Assembly (NCBI GenBank): GCA_050331735.1
Contig: JBHJGN010000007.1
Span: 43,526-107,525, forward strand
Direction of reading: 5' to 3'
DNA length: 64,000 nucleotides
DNA from: Cyanophyceae cyanobacterium
GTDB taxonomy: Bacteria; Cyanobacteriota; Cyanobacteriia; Cyanobacteriales; JBHJGN01
The notes under the pieces are model-generated. The model worked only from the letters and a program-made list of their open reading frames with translations. It did not search any database and was not told the origin of the DNA. This document shows, piece after piece, positions 31,061 through 41,941 of the stretch (within the stretch, counting starts at the first letter, position 1; every line of letters starts with the position of its first letter). Position numbers and translations under genes: made by a program.

Positions 31061-32410
31061 TTACTGCTTATCGGTTGCGGTGCTAATTTCGTTATCTTCA
31101 TGCTCTGATGGAGCATTAAATTTTGAATCGCGCTGAGGGTGTAATGGTTGTGGAGTCGAGGCTAGTTGAGGAACGTTCACTTCCAAGAGGTGTTCTAGAT
31201 TCTTCTCGGTTGAAACTTCTGCTGGCCTATTCTCTAGCTGCTCTTGGACGGCTTGCATCTGCTGCTGAAGCTGCTCAGTCGTAGAGACAAGGCTGCTTAA
31301 TCCTTCTACTAGTTCCCGCAGGTCGCTGCGGAAATTAGGGTCTCCGGTGAGTTCATCGAGATCGGCAGTGATTTTTTGGGTATTTTCAAAGGTGGCTCGG
31401 GCAGAATCTAAGGTTTCTTGAAGAACCACAACATTCGCCGGATCGTTAAAGCTTCCGGTGAGCTCGTTAAGGTCGGCGGTTATCTCAGCGGCGTTAGCGG
31501 TGAGAGTTTCTAAATTCTGAACGAGTTCCTGAGTATCAATGCCTTCGAGTTGAGCGTTGAGTTCCGATACTGTGCCTTCCAAACTCGTCACCAAATTACT
31601 CAGTCCACTACTGGTGTCGTCGAGCAGCAAATTCAGCTTCTCGCTGGTGCTGCCAAAGTTTCTCGTGGCGGTACTCACGTTTTCAAGAGTGGTTGACAAC
31701 GTGCCTCGGTTCTCGGCGAGCAGACTATCAACGTTTCCCAACAGACGAGAGGTTTGATTGGCGGTTGTCGTTAGAGAATTAGCCGCATCGCTAAAGGTAC
31801 TTATTTCCTGTCGAACTGTCCCCGATAGGGTTCCAAGTTCATCGCTGAGAGCCGCAATTCGGGTGGCGGCGATCGCCGTATTTTCAGCCGCCGCGTTCAG
31901 GTTATCGTAAAACTCCTGTCTGCCGTAGAGATTACTCAAACGGGCTAGAGTTGGAATTAGTTGCGGCCCGGATTGGCCCTGAACTCGCTCATTCTCGCAG
32001 ATAATCAGGCTCGTATCGCATTCTGGACTAATCGGACTAGCAGATTGAATGGTTTCCGGCAGTTCTTCTTGGGGAGTAATATCAATCGATGATTCGCCGA
32101 TTAATCCCGTACTGTTGGCCAGAATTTCGACATCCTGCGGAATTTCTAGAGTCGCTGGAGACATTTCTACCGTGACATCAACCCCGTCGGTTCCGGGCCG
32201 AATCTCAGTCACTTCTCCTACTCGATAGCCACGAAAATTAACCGGAGCGCCCACCTGGACTCCGTTGACATCGGGAAACTCAATCACGATGTCGTAGCTT
32301 TCTTGACCAAATTCCAGATTACGCAGCCAAACAAAGAGTCCTCCCAAAGCCGCCACTCCGGCGATGGCGAGTAAGCCGACTGATCCTTCTCGAAGTGTAC
32401 GCGATCGCAT
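31061..32410 (-). CDS. MlaD/MCE family lipid transport protein (TGD2-like)
   Basis: 'REGSVGL' plus TM helix, MCE domain 'GAPVNFRGYRVGEV', 'GLIGES.IDITP', helical tail; adjacent to an MlaF-like ATPase. Confidence 0.88.
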   Translation of the reverse strand: MRSRTLREGSVGLLAIAGVAALGGLFVWLRNLEFGQESYDIVIEFPDVNGVQVGAPVNFRGYRVGEVTEIRPGTDGVDVTVEMSPATLEIPQDVEILANSTGLIGESSIDITPQEELPETIQSASPISPECDTSLIICENERVQGQSGPQLIPTLARLSNLYGRQEFYDNLNAAAENTAIAATRIAALSDELGTLSGTVRQEISTFSDAANSLTTTANQTSRLLGNVDSLLAENRGTLSTTLENVSTATRNFGSTSEKLNLLLDDTSSGLSNLVTSLEGTVSELNAQLEGIDTQELVQNLETLTANAAEITADLNELTGSFNDPANVVVLQETLDSARATFENTQKITADLDELTGDPNFRSDLRELVEGLSSLVSTTEQLQQQMQAVQEQLENRPAEVSTEKNLEHLLEVNVPQLASTPQPLHPQRDSKFNAPSEHEDNEISTATDKQ

Positions 32411-32570
32411 ATGCTTTCTCCTTCGTATCGTTTTTCTGAGCGTGTTGAGGCTGTGATACCGGTTGGTAGAATCAGTGAGAAATTCCTCGCAGTTGCTACA
32501 GAACCATCAACAATCAACAACTAACTAGGATGTAAACTGCTCTGCTATTGTCTTTAGAACTACTATCGAC

Positions 32571-33359
32571 TTAATCAACCACTCGAATTGGTCCTTCTAG
32601 ACTAGCGTTAAAGAATTGTCTAACCATCGGATGCTCGGTTGTGTCAATCTCGTCAACGTTTCCCTGCCACTGAATTTTGCCTCCATACAGAAAAATGATC
32701 CGGTCAGCGGTACGGCGAATGGTGCTGCTTTGGTGGCTGACCATCACGTAGGTTCCGCAGATTCCTGCCGTACACTGAAGCTGACGCACCAAATCCTCAA
32801 TCACGGTTGAGGCAATTGGGTCTAGACCAGCGGTCGGTTCGTCATAAAGAATTACGTCGATCCGATCTTTGGGATCGTCAGGATCGAACATCACGGCGCG
32901 GGCAAAGCTCACCCGCTTGCGCATGCCCCCAGAAAGTTCAGCCGGAGACAGATCTGCGGTTCCTTCTAACCCGACCATTTCTAATCTTTCTGCCACTAGC
33001 TCCCGAATGCGCTGCTCTGGCAAATGGGAATGTTGGTACAGAGAAAACCCGACATTTTCCTGAACAGTTAAGGAATCAAACAAAGCCGCCTGCTGAAAAA
33101 CCATGCGGAGGTTAATTAAATCTTCTCCATCTTCAATTAATCCAGTCCGCCGTTCTCCCTTAATGTAAATTTCGCCTTCGTCTAAAGGCATCAAGCCAGC
33201 AATCATGCGGAGAATTGTTGATTTTCCCGTTCCGGAGGGACCAATAATGACTAACGCTTCTCCTTGATAAAGGGTGAGATCGATGTGGTCGAGAATTACC
33301 TTTTTCCCGAAAGACTTACAGGCTCCCTTAATCTCGATTAGCGGCTGAGCATCGGTCAT
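32571..33359 (-). CDS. MlaF/TGD3-like ABC ATP-binding protein
   Basis: 'GPSGTGKS', 'FQQAALFDSLTVQENV', 'ELSGGMRKRV', 'YDEPTAGLDP'. Confidence 0.9.
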   Translation of the reverse strand: MTDAQPLIEIKGACKSFGKKVILDHIDLTLYQGEALVIIGPSGTGKSTILRMIAGLMPLDEGEIYIKGERRTGLIEDGEDLINLRMVFQQAALFDSLTVQENVGFSLYQHSHLPEQRIRELVAERLEMVGLEGTADLSPAELSGGMRKRVSFARAVMFDPDDPKDRIDVILYDEPTAGLDPIASTVIEDLVRQLQCTAGICGTYVMVSHQSSTIRRTADRIIFLYGGKIQWQGNVDEIDTTEHPMVRQFFNASLEGPIRVVD

Positions 33360-33387
33360 TCGTCATTCGTCCTTTGATTGTGACGAG

Positions 33388-34452
33388 CTATTCTGTCTCT
33401 ATACCAAAGACGCGATTAAACGCTTTTTCTACTTTATACCCCGAGTCAATGGTTTCCAGCGGATCTTTCCGCAGGCGATGCCGCAGGCAGAGCGTAATCA
33501 CTCGGCGCACGTCATCGACCTCTACTTCGGTACGCCCTTCAAAAGCCGCTAGCGCCATGGCTGCTCGATTAGTCACGATGTCGCCTCGCAAACCATCAAC
33601 ATCTAGCTCCGAACAGACCTCAGAAATTTTGACCCGCAGCTCGTAATCGCTCTTGACCTGGGGCAGGAGGTGCTGCGCGCGCACGAGCCTTTCCTGGAGT
33701 TCGTCTTGCTGTTCCTGGTATTGTTCCACAAATCGTTGCGGATTGCTGTCAAACTCGGCTCGCTGCTCGACAATTTGCACCCGCAGATTCGGCTCTTTCA
33801 CCGTATGAATCTCCGCGTGCATGCCAAAGCGGTCTAGCAGTTGGGGCCGCAGTTCCCCTTCTTCTGGGTTGCCCGAACCAACGAGCACAAACCGCGCCGG
33901 ATGACGAATCGAGATGCCTTCTCGCTCAACGGTATTCCATCCGCTGGCGGCAGAATCGAGCAGAACGTCTACAAGATGGTCATCAAGTAAATTGACTTCA
34001 TCAACGTACAGAATGCCGCGATTGGCTTTAGCAAGCAAACCCGGCTCAAACGCTTTCACTCCTTCTGAGAGGGCTTTTTCAATATCGATGGTGCCGCACA
34101 CTCGATCTTCCGTCGCGCCTAGAGGCAGGTCAACCATCGCCACTTTCTGTTGAACAATTTCTAGAGGAATCTGGTTCTCTAGCTGCTGTCGCACCGCATC
34201 GCTCATTAAATCGGGGTCTTCGGGGTCACTACTAAACGGATCGGCAGCCACAACATCGATCTCTGGCAGCAGGTCGGCAAGAGCGCGAATGGTCGTTGAT
34301 TTGCCCGTGCCGCGATCGCCCATAATCATCACTCCCCCAATTTTGGGGTCAATGACGTTGAGCAGCAAAGCGAGCTTCATCTCGTCCTGACCGACAATCG
34401 CGGTGAACGGAAACACAACACGGGTTTTAGGAGGCGCTTGAACAGTAATCAT
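33388..34452 (-). CDS. chlI: Magnesium chelatase ATPase subunit I
   Basis: '[13 protein letters not shown]', 'GDRGTGKST', '[12 protein letters not shown]', 'YVDEVNLL', '[12 protein letters not shown]'. Confidence 0.97.
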   Translation of the reverse strand: MITVQAPPKTRVVFPFTAIVGQDEMKLALLLNVIDPKIGGVMIMGDRGTGKSTTIRALADLLPEIDVVAADPFSSDPEDPDLMSDAVRQQLENQIPLEIVQQKVAMVDLPLGATEDRVCGTIDIEKALSEGVKAFEPGLLAKANRGILYVDEVNLLDDHLVDVLLDSAASGWNTVEREGISIRHPARFVLVGSGNPEEGELRPQLLDRFGMHAEIHTVKEPNLRVQIVEQRAEFDSNPQRFVEQYQEQQDELQERLVRAQHLLPQVKSDYELRVKISEVCSELDVDGLRGDIVTNRAAMALAAFEGRTEVEVDDVRRVITLCLRHRLRKDPLETIDSGYKVEKAFNRVFGIETE

Positions 34453-34594
34453 AAAGTTTTAAGAAGGACTGTAGAGCCATCGATTACTTTGGCTCGCACA
34501 CAAAGTGCTTTACTAATCGCTTATCGCCTTTCATTGTGCCACAAAGTCGCTCCGCGACGGGAAAAGGGTAAGGGGTAAGGGGGGATGAATCAGC

Positions 34595-35368
34595 TTATTC
34601 CGTCATCCTATATTCTTGTCTCGTCCCGCCGGGACAATTTCCCTTTCCCCATTCCATCGGGACAATAATATAGTTCGTGCTGTCTCCTAAAATTGTGTTC
34701 CGCTCTTGGCCCCAGTACCACCAGTGGGCAGCAACGTAGGCACAAATTAAGCTGTCGAGCTGATCTTCCGTCGCCTTGAGCGCTTTAGTATTTTCCGGGA
34801 AAGACAAGACAGGCAGGCTTGTTGGCGCGAGGGCGGGTACTTTCGTCGGGAGAATATCAACAATGTATTGATACAGCCGCTCCAGCTCTGCTTTTCGCTC
34901 GGCTAGCCGGCCTTTTTTGTATTTAATAATTCGCTGCAAGCCAAACAGATTAATGGTAGCTGGGTGAGGAAATACTTCAATCTGGTATCTCCCTGGCTGT
35001 TGCGGCACAATGGTTGGCGCGTGGACAAAGCCGCGACGTTCTAAACAGCGTCCGAATTCAACGGTACGAGAGGCAAAAGGACGAGACAGATTGGCCGGGT
35101 AGCAGCCAGCATGGTAGCGACCAAAATATTGATGAGTCAGGCGATCACACAGCCGCATTCCGGTAGCGTTAGGAATCAGGGTCGGAGCATCTACCGCCAC
35201 CATTGCTGCTTCGGTTGGCTCTACCCAAGCATCAAGCCAGGTAAAGATTTCTGCTAAGAGCTGCTGTCGAGTCAAATTTAAGAGCTGAAGCTGCTCGTGT
35301 TGCCACTGAAGGCAGCACAGTCCACTCGGACCCGAAACCCAGCCAAGATCGATGCCGATGAATTTCAT
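34595..35368 (-). CDS. DUF429 family protein (predicted RNase H-like nuclease)
   Basis: 'FIGIDLGW', 'VAVDAP', 'IEVFPHP', 'EDQLDSLICAY'. Confidence 0.8.
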   Translation of the reverse strand: MKFIGIDLGWVSGPSGLCCLQWQHEQLQLLNLTRQQLLAEIFTWLDAWVEPTEAAMVAVDAPTLIPNATGMRLCDRLTHQYFGRYHAGCYPANLSRPFASRTVEFGRCLERRGFVHAPTIVPQQPGRYQIEVFPHPATINLFGLQRIIKYKKGRLAERKAELERLYQYIVDILPTKVPALAPTSLPVLSFPENTKALKATEDQLDSLICAYVAAHWWYWGQERNTILGDSTNYIIVPMEWGKGNCPGGTRQEYRMTE

Positions 35369-35647
35369 CCTGGTTGATGGTTGATTGTTCATCGTTCTTG
35401 AACTACTGAGGGATTGATCTGATACCAATTAGAAAAAGTAATGAGATTGGTTGGTTGGGGAAAATAGTTCGGTGTCGGAACGGGTCAAGGGGAAGGGGAA
35501 AAGGGCACCAGTTTTTCCCAGTTAACTTCCGACTCTTTGAGAGTTTGGGGAACTCTCTGATTTTGATAAACGGTATGACTAAACTGAGAAATGCTAGCAG
35601 CTTAAATACCGTACTTTGATCGTTCTAGCTTCTGACGTCTGACTTTC

Positions 35648-36886
35648 CTAAAACAGCCGCGACTGTAAACAGCGAACAATGCGAGCGGCGGCTCCGGGAC
35701 TCCCCATCCGTTGTCGTCCATTCTCAGCGACGAGCTGTTGGCGCTGAGGATCGTTAAATAGCGATCGCATTGCGGCGGCGACTTGGTCAGGTCGCTCCAC
35801 CAAAATAAAGGAAGGACCGAGTAAACGAGTATAGGCTTCGGCAAAGGCTGGCGTGAATTGAGGGCCAGCTCCTGGGAAAGTAATGACGGCTTTGCCTAAC
35901 CCGACAAACTGCTCGGTTGCTGTTCCCGCCATTGAGATAGCGACATCTGCTGAGCGAAGGCAGTCGGCGTAGGCAGAGGAAGTAAGGAGGAGCGTGGCGT
36001 TGTGATGGGTAAAGGCAAGCGCCTGAGCCGGATTAATCGGGGAGTCAACGGAGTCGAGGGGCTGAGAATGCCAGACCTCGGGGAGTAGTTGGGCAAAGTG
36101 GTTTAGGTCGAGGGAGGGAGCGATCGCGGCGAGAAATACTGCCGGCTCAGTTAGAGTGGTTCTAATATTCTCTACAGCAGTAACGATCTGTCGCCAGTTC
36201 TGGTAGGCTTCTGGCGGTCTTGAACCGGGAAGCAGCAGCACCGTTAACCGCTGGTTTTTGAATCTCACTACTTCAGTAGCAATACCGTCCATCATCGGAT
36301 TTCCCAAGTCAAAGGCCCCAATTCCCTGCTGCTGAAGCACTTTTGCGGTTAGGGAATCTCGGGGAAAAACGGCTCGACAGCGGCGGTCGCGCATCAGCCG
36401 CCGCTCCCAGGGGTAGTAAACTCCTGACCAGCGCTCTAGCCAGGAGGTTTGCGGATGCCACCCGGCCTCGTGCCGCAGATGGTATTCCGATTTGGCGGTG
36501 CCAATAAAAGCGTAGTTTGCACCGCTTAGCCAAGCAAACAGCAGCGGCACAACATCTCCCACGGCTAAAATTACCCCTCCCGTCCTCTGCCACTGCCGCA
36601 CGGCCCGAAGCTGAGCGAGGCTCAGTCCTAGTAACCCTTGCTGCACGTCTTTCCATAACTGGAAACCGTCCATGTAGATAAATCCGCCCGAGGGCATGGT
36701 TTGCACCGGAGCGATCGCTGGAACGCCAAGTTTGGTGTAGGCATGTCCCTCACCGACCAGCGGTAAGGCGGCTAGCTCCAAATCCGACAACTGGAGCTGC
36801 TTAGCAATTTCGAGCGCAATCACATCTTCGCCGTGTCCATTGCTTAAGAACAGTAATTTTATTCCTGGCTTGCACCGTTGCTTCAC
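35648..36886 (-). CDS. Lipid-A-disaccharide synthase-related protein (cyanobacterial GT-B family)
   Basis: 'LSNGHGED', 'MPSGGF', 'AVGDVV', 'GTAKSEY', 'GNPMMD', 'LLPGSR', 'MAGTATEQ', 'GPQFT'. Confidence 0.82.
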   Translation of the reverse strand: MKQRCKPGIKLLFLSNGHGEDVIALEIAKQLQLSDLELAALPLVGEGHAYTKLGVPAIAPVQTMPSGGFIYMDGFQLWKDVQQGLLGLSLAQLRAVRQWQRTGGVILAVGDVVPLLFAWLSGANYAFIGTAKSEYHLRHEAGWHPQTSWLERWSGVYYPWERRLMRDRRCRAVFPRDSLTAKVLQQQGIGAFDLGNPMMDGIATEVVRFKNQRLTVLLLPGSRPPEAYQNWRQIVTAVENIRTTLTEPAVFLAAIAPSLDLNHFAQLLPEVWHSQPLDSVDSPINPAQALAFTHHNATLLLTSSAYADCLRSADVAISMAGTATEQFVGLGKAVITFPGAGPQFTPAFAEAYTRLLGPSFILVERPDQVAAAMRSLFNDPQRQQLVAENGRQRMGSPGAAARIVRCLQSRLF

Positions 36887-36995
36887 GATAGATTTACTAG
36901 CAATTCAGTTGATGACTTGTCAGAATAGACGAAATTCTCTGTTAACCCTAGCAGAACATCGGTGTCTCCTGATTGTCTGATCGCTAGATTACACT

Positions 36996-37352
36996 ATGGT
37001 TATTATTGTCTGTACGTGCAGTGTGCTCCTTGCTTTAGTGAACTGTCTCGTTGCCTGGTTCCTCTGGAGAGCGCGATGCAGATTAATCGTTATCACCGAA
37101 ACCCTCATCGTGCTTGAAGAAGCGGCGCGTTCAGTGCTCGTTCCTGCACCGCTAGCCATGACTAAAGCTCAACTAGGAGGAATGACCATCAAGCAACGCT
37201 ATCGCACTATCAGCCGCTTACTGCGGCAGTTAAGGCTGTTGTTCTCTCTGCTCAGTTTGGGGTATACCATTTGGCAACAACAGGCAAGACGCAGATTGAT
37301 TCAGGCGCTGTTGAGCGATCGCCAGCTAAATTCTTGGGGACGGCTCATCTAG
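36996..37352 (+). CDS. Hypothetical membrane protein
   Basis: Hydrophobic N-terminus; co-oriented ahead of the YtxH and DUF948-like genes. Confidence 0.55.
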   Translation: MVIIVCTCSVLLALVNCLVAWFLWRARCRLIVITETLIVLEEAARSVLVPAPLAMTKAQLGGMTIKQRYRTISRLLRQLRLLFSLLSLGYTIWQQQARRRLIQALLSDRQLNSWGRLI

Positions 37353-37541
37353 AAGCTTTGAACTCTTGTCTAGATTTGAGTCGGCCTTCTTGATGCGTCA
37401 GGCATGTCTGCTGCCAAGAGGCGGAGACCCCTCATGGAGATCGCCTAACTTCCCCGACGAATCCGCCTAAAATTGAGGGTAGAGAGACCCCGTTCTAGAA
37501 CAACGGGCCTTCTCTCACTTCGTGAAGCGTGGAGGCGAGAC

Positions 37542-37883
37542 ATGACCAAAACTAATCGAGCAAATGTATTTGTTGGCGGAATGCTGGTTGGCAGCACTAT
37601 TGGCACTCTCATTGGGCTATTGATTGCTCCACGAACGGGGCGGGAGACGCGGCAAATTTTAAAAAAATCGGCGGATGCTTTACCTGAGTTAGCTGAAGAT
37701 TTATCAACCAGTGTTCAAATTCAGGCAGACCGACTCTCAGAATCGGCTCTGCGGAATTGGGACGAAACCCTCGTCAGACTCCGGGAAGCGATCACCGCGG
37801 GAATCGAAGCGAGCCAGCTAGAAACTACCGCGCCCGAAGCCCGCGAAATTCTCTCTGAAAGTTCTTCTGACAACCATATTTAG
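37542..37883 (+). CDS. YtxH-domain protein
   Basis: 'FVGGMLVGSTIGTLIGLLIAPRTGRETR'; GGAGG RBS before ATG 37542. Confidence 0.85.
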   Translation: MTKTNRANVFVGGMLVGSTIGTLIGLLIAPRTGRETRQILKKSADALPELAEDLSTSVQIQADRLSESALRNWDETLVRLREAITAGIEASQLETTAPEAREILSESSSDNHI

Positions 37884-37892
37884 GCAAGAAGC

Positions 37893-38345
37893 GTGACAGA
37901 ACCTCTATTTTGGCTGGGACTTTCCCTCTTACTCGTTGCCGTTAGTCTCACGGCTGTGCTCGTCGTCGCCGTTCCTGCCTTACAGGAGTTAGCGCGAGCG
38001 GCTCGCAGTGCCGAAAAACTTTTCGATACCCTGGGACGAGAGTTTCCCCCTACCCTAGAAGCGCTCCGCTTAACCGGGTTAGAAATTACCGAACTGACCG
38101 ATGACCTTAATGAAGGAGTGAGAAGTGCTTCAGGAATCGTCAAGCAAGTCGATCAGAGCCTTGGAGAGGCCAAAAATCAGGTCAAAAACGTGCAGGCTAA
38201 CACTCGTGGCATTGTTGCTGGGGTTAAAGTCGCTTGGCAAACATGGCAACGTCCTCCCAAACGCCATCTAGACAATTCTCAGCAGTTCTTGGAGGAGCCG
38301 CCTGCTGAACTGCAAGCAGCACGACCACCGATTGGCGAGCCATAA
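37893..38345 (+). CDS. DUF948-like membrane/coiled-coil protein
   Basis: 'PLFWLGLSLLLVAVSLTAVL', 'ARAARSAEKL', 'PPTLEALRLTGLEI'. Confidence 0.7.
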   Translation: MTEPLFWLGLSLLLVAVSLTAVLVVAVPALQELARAARSAEKLFDTLGREFPPTLEALRLTGLEITELTDDLNEGVRSASGIVKQVDQSLGEAKNQVKNVQANTRGIVAGVKVAWQTWQRPPKRHLDNSQQFLEEPPAELQAARPPIGEP

Positions 38346-38483
38346 AGAAATCAGCTCGTCGGTTTTTTAGCAGATCAGTGATCCGTTCTGGGCTTCGATC
38401 CCTTAGAATAAGATTAATAAATGTAAAGAAATTGAACTTTAATCGATAAATTTAGCTAAACAAACGTTTTGCTCAGAATCACT

Positions 38484-39287
38484 ATGCAAAAATCCTTGGT
38501 GCAATGCCTGACTGCCTGCTGTGCCGTTCTGATTGGGCTGTTTGCCTGGGTCGCTCATTCTCCGACCGCTGCGGCAGTAAATAACCCAGAACTGCTGCCT
38601 GCCGTAGAAACTCCCGTTGTTGACTTAGCCAACTTTCTCCCGTCCCTTCAGGAAGAATCGCTGATCGAGCAGATTAAAGAGTTTGAAGCCGAAACAGGCT
38701 GGAAGATGCGCGTTCTTACACAGTACGACCGCAGCCCGGGTCGCGCTGTGATTAACTTTTGGGGGCTAGATGATAAAAGTATTCTGCTGGTAGCCGATGC
38801 CAGAGGAGGCAACATTTTGGCGTTCAGCATTGGCGATGATGTGTATGAGTTTTTGCCCCGCACTTTTTGGATTGAGCTGCAAACTCGCTTTGGAAATCTT
38901 TACTATGTGAGGGAAAACGGAGAAAATAACTCGATTGTGAACGCGCTGGAGACTGTTCGCAGTTGCCTGAACCAAGGAGGCTGTCAGGTGGTTCCGGGAC
39001 TCCCAAGAGAGCAGTGGATTCTCACCCTGATTACTTCTACCGTGGGTGGAGTCGTTTTTGGGCTAGCGGCTATTCCCCGCAAAGAAGGTCAAATTTTTGC
39101 CTGGCAGTGGGCGATGATTATGTCTCCACTCTGGGGGATTTTGTTCATCGCTTTTGGGATTGGACCGGTGGTAACTCGCACTGCTGAATGGCTACCGCTC
39201 TTTCGCAACGTGCTCGGATTTATTATCGGTGCTTTAGTCGCTTATCTTTCTCCGGTATTCGGTCAGTCTACGCCCTCAGAAACTTAA
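38484..39287 (+). CDS. TPM-domain membrane protein
   Basis: Signal peptide, 'TPVVDLAN', 'FEAETGWKMRVLTQ', 'FWIELQTRFGN', three C-terminal TM helices. Confidence 0.8.
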   Translation: MQKSLVQCLTACCAVLIGLFAWVAHSPTAAAVNNPELLPAVETPVVDLANFLPSLQEESLIEQIKEFEAETGWKMRVLTQYDRSPGRAVINFWGLDDKSILLVADARGGNILAFSIGDDVYEFLPRTFWIELQTRFGNLYYVRENGENNSIVNALETVRSCLNQGGCQVVPGLPREQWILTLITSTVGGVVFGLAAIPRKEGQIFAWQWAMIMSPLWGILFIAFGIGPVVTRTAEWLPLFRNVLGFIIGALVAYLSPVFGQSTPSET

Positions 39288-39309
39288 GCAGAGTAGCGTT
39301 TACCGTTCG

Positions 39310-40692
39310 TTACTGATCGAGGGGGAGGCGAACCTGAAAGCGCGTGTTTCCGGGTTCCGAGTCGAAGCGGATATTGCCTTGGTGACCGACAACAATACGC
39401 CGGACCGTATCGAGCCCTAAGCCGAGACCTTCCCCGACAGCTTTGGTGGTAAAAAACTGCTCGTAGATCCGGGGGGCGATTTCTGAGGAAATGCCGGTGC
39501 CGTTGTCAGCAATTTCGACTAAAATGCGATCGCCTTCCAAGGCTGTCCGAATCCAGATACGTCCCCGGCCTCCGATTGCTTGCAGGGCATTGTCAATTAA
39601 GTTTGTCCAGACCTGGTTAAGCTGAGAGCCATAGGCGCAGATCCGGGGGAGTTGGCCATACTCTTTAATAATTTTGGCCTCCTTCAGCTTGTGGGAAAGA
39701 ATCGTGAGCGTCTTCTCAAGGCCCTCATGAATGTCTACCATCTGTAGCGGTGCCCGATCCATATACGAGTAGTCTTTCATGGCGGCCACTATTTCCGAAA
39801 TTCGCGCTGCACCGAGCTTGGTTTCTCTCAGGAGTTCTGTGCCAATGAGGGAGGCTTCTATCCAAACGAGAACGCTGTTGAGGTCAGGCGCCATTTGAGC
39901 AATTTTTTCGAGTTCCGCTCTATCTACCCCAGCGGCAACCAACGTCGGAGCAAGCTGCCAGCCGTGGGCAATATTTTTCTCTTCCAGCCAGTCGATGACG
40001 GCATCTTCTAATTCGCTTTGCTCAATCGGGTTGAGCTGAGAAAGATTTGGGGACCGCTGAGACAGTTGTTCGAGAAATTCGGTTTGTGCTGCCGTGAGCG
40101 GTTGTTGGTCAAGTGCTAACGCAGACAACTTCTGCCAGTTTTCCTCAAGATGATTGATCCCTCGCCGGACGGCAGCAGCGGGATTATTTAACTCATGGGC
40201 TAGTCCAGCCGACAAGGTTCCCAAAGACATCAGCTTGGCCTGCTGCTGCGTCACAGATTCGTGAATCTGCGATCGCTCCGCAGAGATCTTGAGAATATCG
40301 CGCAGAATTTTCGGACACAGCCTCAGCATTTCCCAAAAATCCTCGGGTTCAAGCTTGTAGAGGCACACATCTGTCACGGCGCGTCCGCTGGTCGGGTAGG
40401 GTTCATCCAATAGCAAAATCAGCTCGGCAAAAACATCTCCGGTTTCTAGAGTGACCGCATGCACTTCCTGCTGTCCAACTTTTCTGGTCCAGTCCGTTAT
40501 CCCTGATAAGATTACGTAAAATCCATCGGGAGGATCTCCTTGTCTGGCAATCTGCGCCCCTGCCTTGAACTCAACTTTTGTCCCTGACGTTAAGCATTGC
40601 AATTCCTCCGCCGATAAGTGACAAAACAGCGGGACTTGTCGCAGACGTTCGCTGAGCGGCTCATTATCTGGTGGCGATTTTTTCTGGGTCAT
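39310..40692 (-). CDS. cNMP-binding-domain sensor histidine kinase
   Basis: N-terminal cNMP-like domain; H-box 'AGLAHELNNP'; N-box 'NQVWTNLIDNA'; 'DNGTG', 'FFTTK', 'GLGL'. Confidence 0.9.
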   Translation of the reverse strand: MTQKKSPPDNEPLSERLRQVPLFCHLSAEELQCLTSGTKVEFKAGAQIARQGDPPDGFYVILSGITDWTRKVGQQEVHAVTLETGDVFAELILLLDEPYPTSGRAVTDVCLYKLEPEDFWEMLRLCPKILRDILKISAERSQIHESVTQQQAKLMSLGTLSAGLAHELNNPAAAVRRGINHLEENWQKLSALALDQQPLTAAQTEFLEQLSQRSPNLSQLNPIEQSELEDAVIDWLEEKNIAHGWQLAPTLVAAGVDRAELEKIAQMAPDLNSVLVWIEASLIGTELLRETKLGAARISEIVAAMKDYSYMDRAPLQMVDIHEGLEKTLTILSHKLKEAKIIKEYGQLPRICAYGSQLNQVWTNLIDNALQAIGGRGRIWIRTALEGDRILVEIADNGTGISSEIAPRIYEQFFTTKAVGEGLGLGLDTVRRIVVGHQGNIRFDSEPGNTRFQVRLPLDQ

Positions 40693-40798
40693 GTTTTCTC
40701 CTCCAACGCTGCCGGCTTAATTCTGGCTTGTCCTAGCAAGCATACTCAGACAAGACTAAACTACAGAAAGCTAAAAGCTAAGAGCCAGCCGCTAATCG

Positions 40799-41935
40799 CT
40801 ATTGTCTAATCTGTACGGGCATCACTAAATAGGTCATCTTCACTCCCCCAAGAGGCATGAACACCACAGGCTGATTAGCTTCATTCAGCTTCATCTGAAT
40901 ATCGTTAGCCGGAAGTGCTTTCAACCCATCCATAAGATACTTAATATTAAAAGCAATATCGATGCTGCCGCCGCTGATCTGAGCCGGGACTGATTCTTGA
41001 GCACTGCCCACGTCTCTGGCTTCTATAGACAGCAATAGTTGGCTCTCTTCGCTATTTAAGCTGAAGCGAATAATATTATTTTTTTGATCTGATAACACCG
41101 CGACTAGCTCTAAACTGCTGAGCAGTCGTTTGCGCTCCACTGTTACCACTCGAGAAAACTGGTGCGGAATAAGCTGCTCGTAGGCGGGGTAGGTTCCTTC
41201 TAGCTTCCGGCTCGTTAAACGCTGTTCGCCTAGCTCAAACTCTACTTGAGTGTCGTCAAAATTGAGAATCACGGTGTCTGTCGAGGGCTGCATGGCCAGC
41301 ATGCGCTCTAGTTCCCGTAAGGCTCTCGCTGGAATGGTAATTTCGTCAGCGTTGAGTCGGGTGTCGGGAGCAACGGGGGGTTCGACGACGGCCAAACGGT
41401 GTCCGTCGGTGGCAGCAAATTCCAACGTGTCTTGAGAGCGCAGATGAATGCCTGTGAGAACCTGTTTGGTTTCGTCGGCACTGGCGGCAAACAGGGTGCC
41501 TTTCAACCCTTCAACGAGCACCGATATTGGCAGGTGCAGGACTTGTCCTTCATCAATCAGAGGCAGTTGCGGAAACTCCTGCGCCCCTAACCCCCGCACT
41601 AAAAAGCGACTAGAAGCAGATGTGAGAGTAGCCAGGGCCTCCTCTGCTGGCTCGTCTTCACAAAAAAGCGATACTTCTCCTTCTGGTAAGCGGGCAACGA
41701 TGTCGCTCAGTAACTTGGCAGGTAGGGTAATTTTGCCTCCCTCCTCCACATCAGCAGGAAAATGAGTGCAGATCCCTAAACTCAAATCGAAGGCCGTTAA
41801 GCTAATCCGGCCTTTGTCGGCATCTGCAACGAGCAAAGCGTTTCCTAGAACTGGATGGGTCGGACGAGAAGGAACCGCACGACCAATCAGAGACAAGTGG
41901 GTGTTGAGGTCACTCTGACTACAAACAAATTTCAT
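40799..41935 (-). CDS. dnaN: DNA polymerase III beta sliding clamp
   Basis: 'SRPTHPVL', 'AATDGHRLA', 'LEGTYPAY', 'AFNIKYL', 'YLVMPVQ'. Confidence 0.97.
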   Translation of the reverse strand: MKFVCSQSDLNTHLSLIGRAVPSRPTHPVLGNALLVADADKGRISLTAFDLSLGICTHFPADVEEGGKITLPAKLLSDIVARLPEGEVSLFCEDEPAEEALATLTSASSRFLVRGLGAQEFPQLPLIDEGQVLHLPISVLVEGLKGTLFAASADETKQVLTGIHLRSQDTLEFAATDGHRLAVVEPPVAPDTRLNADEITIPARALRELERMLAMQPSTDTVILNFDDTQVEFELGEQRLTSRKLEGTYPAYEQLIPHQFSRVVTVERKRLLSSLELVAVLSDQKNNIIRFSLNSEESQLLLSIEARDVGSAQESVPAQISGGSIDIAFNIKYLMDGLKALPANDIQMKLNEANQPVVFMPLGGVKMTYLVMPVQIRQ

Positions 41936-41941
41936 CGGCAA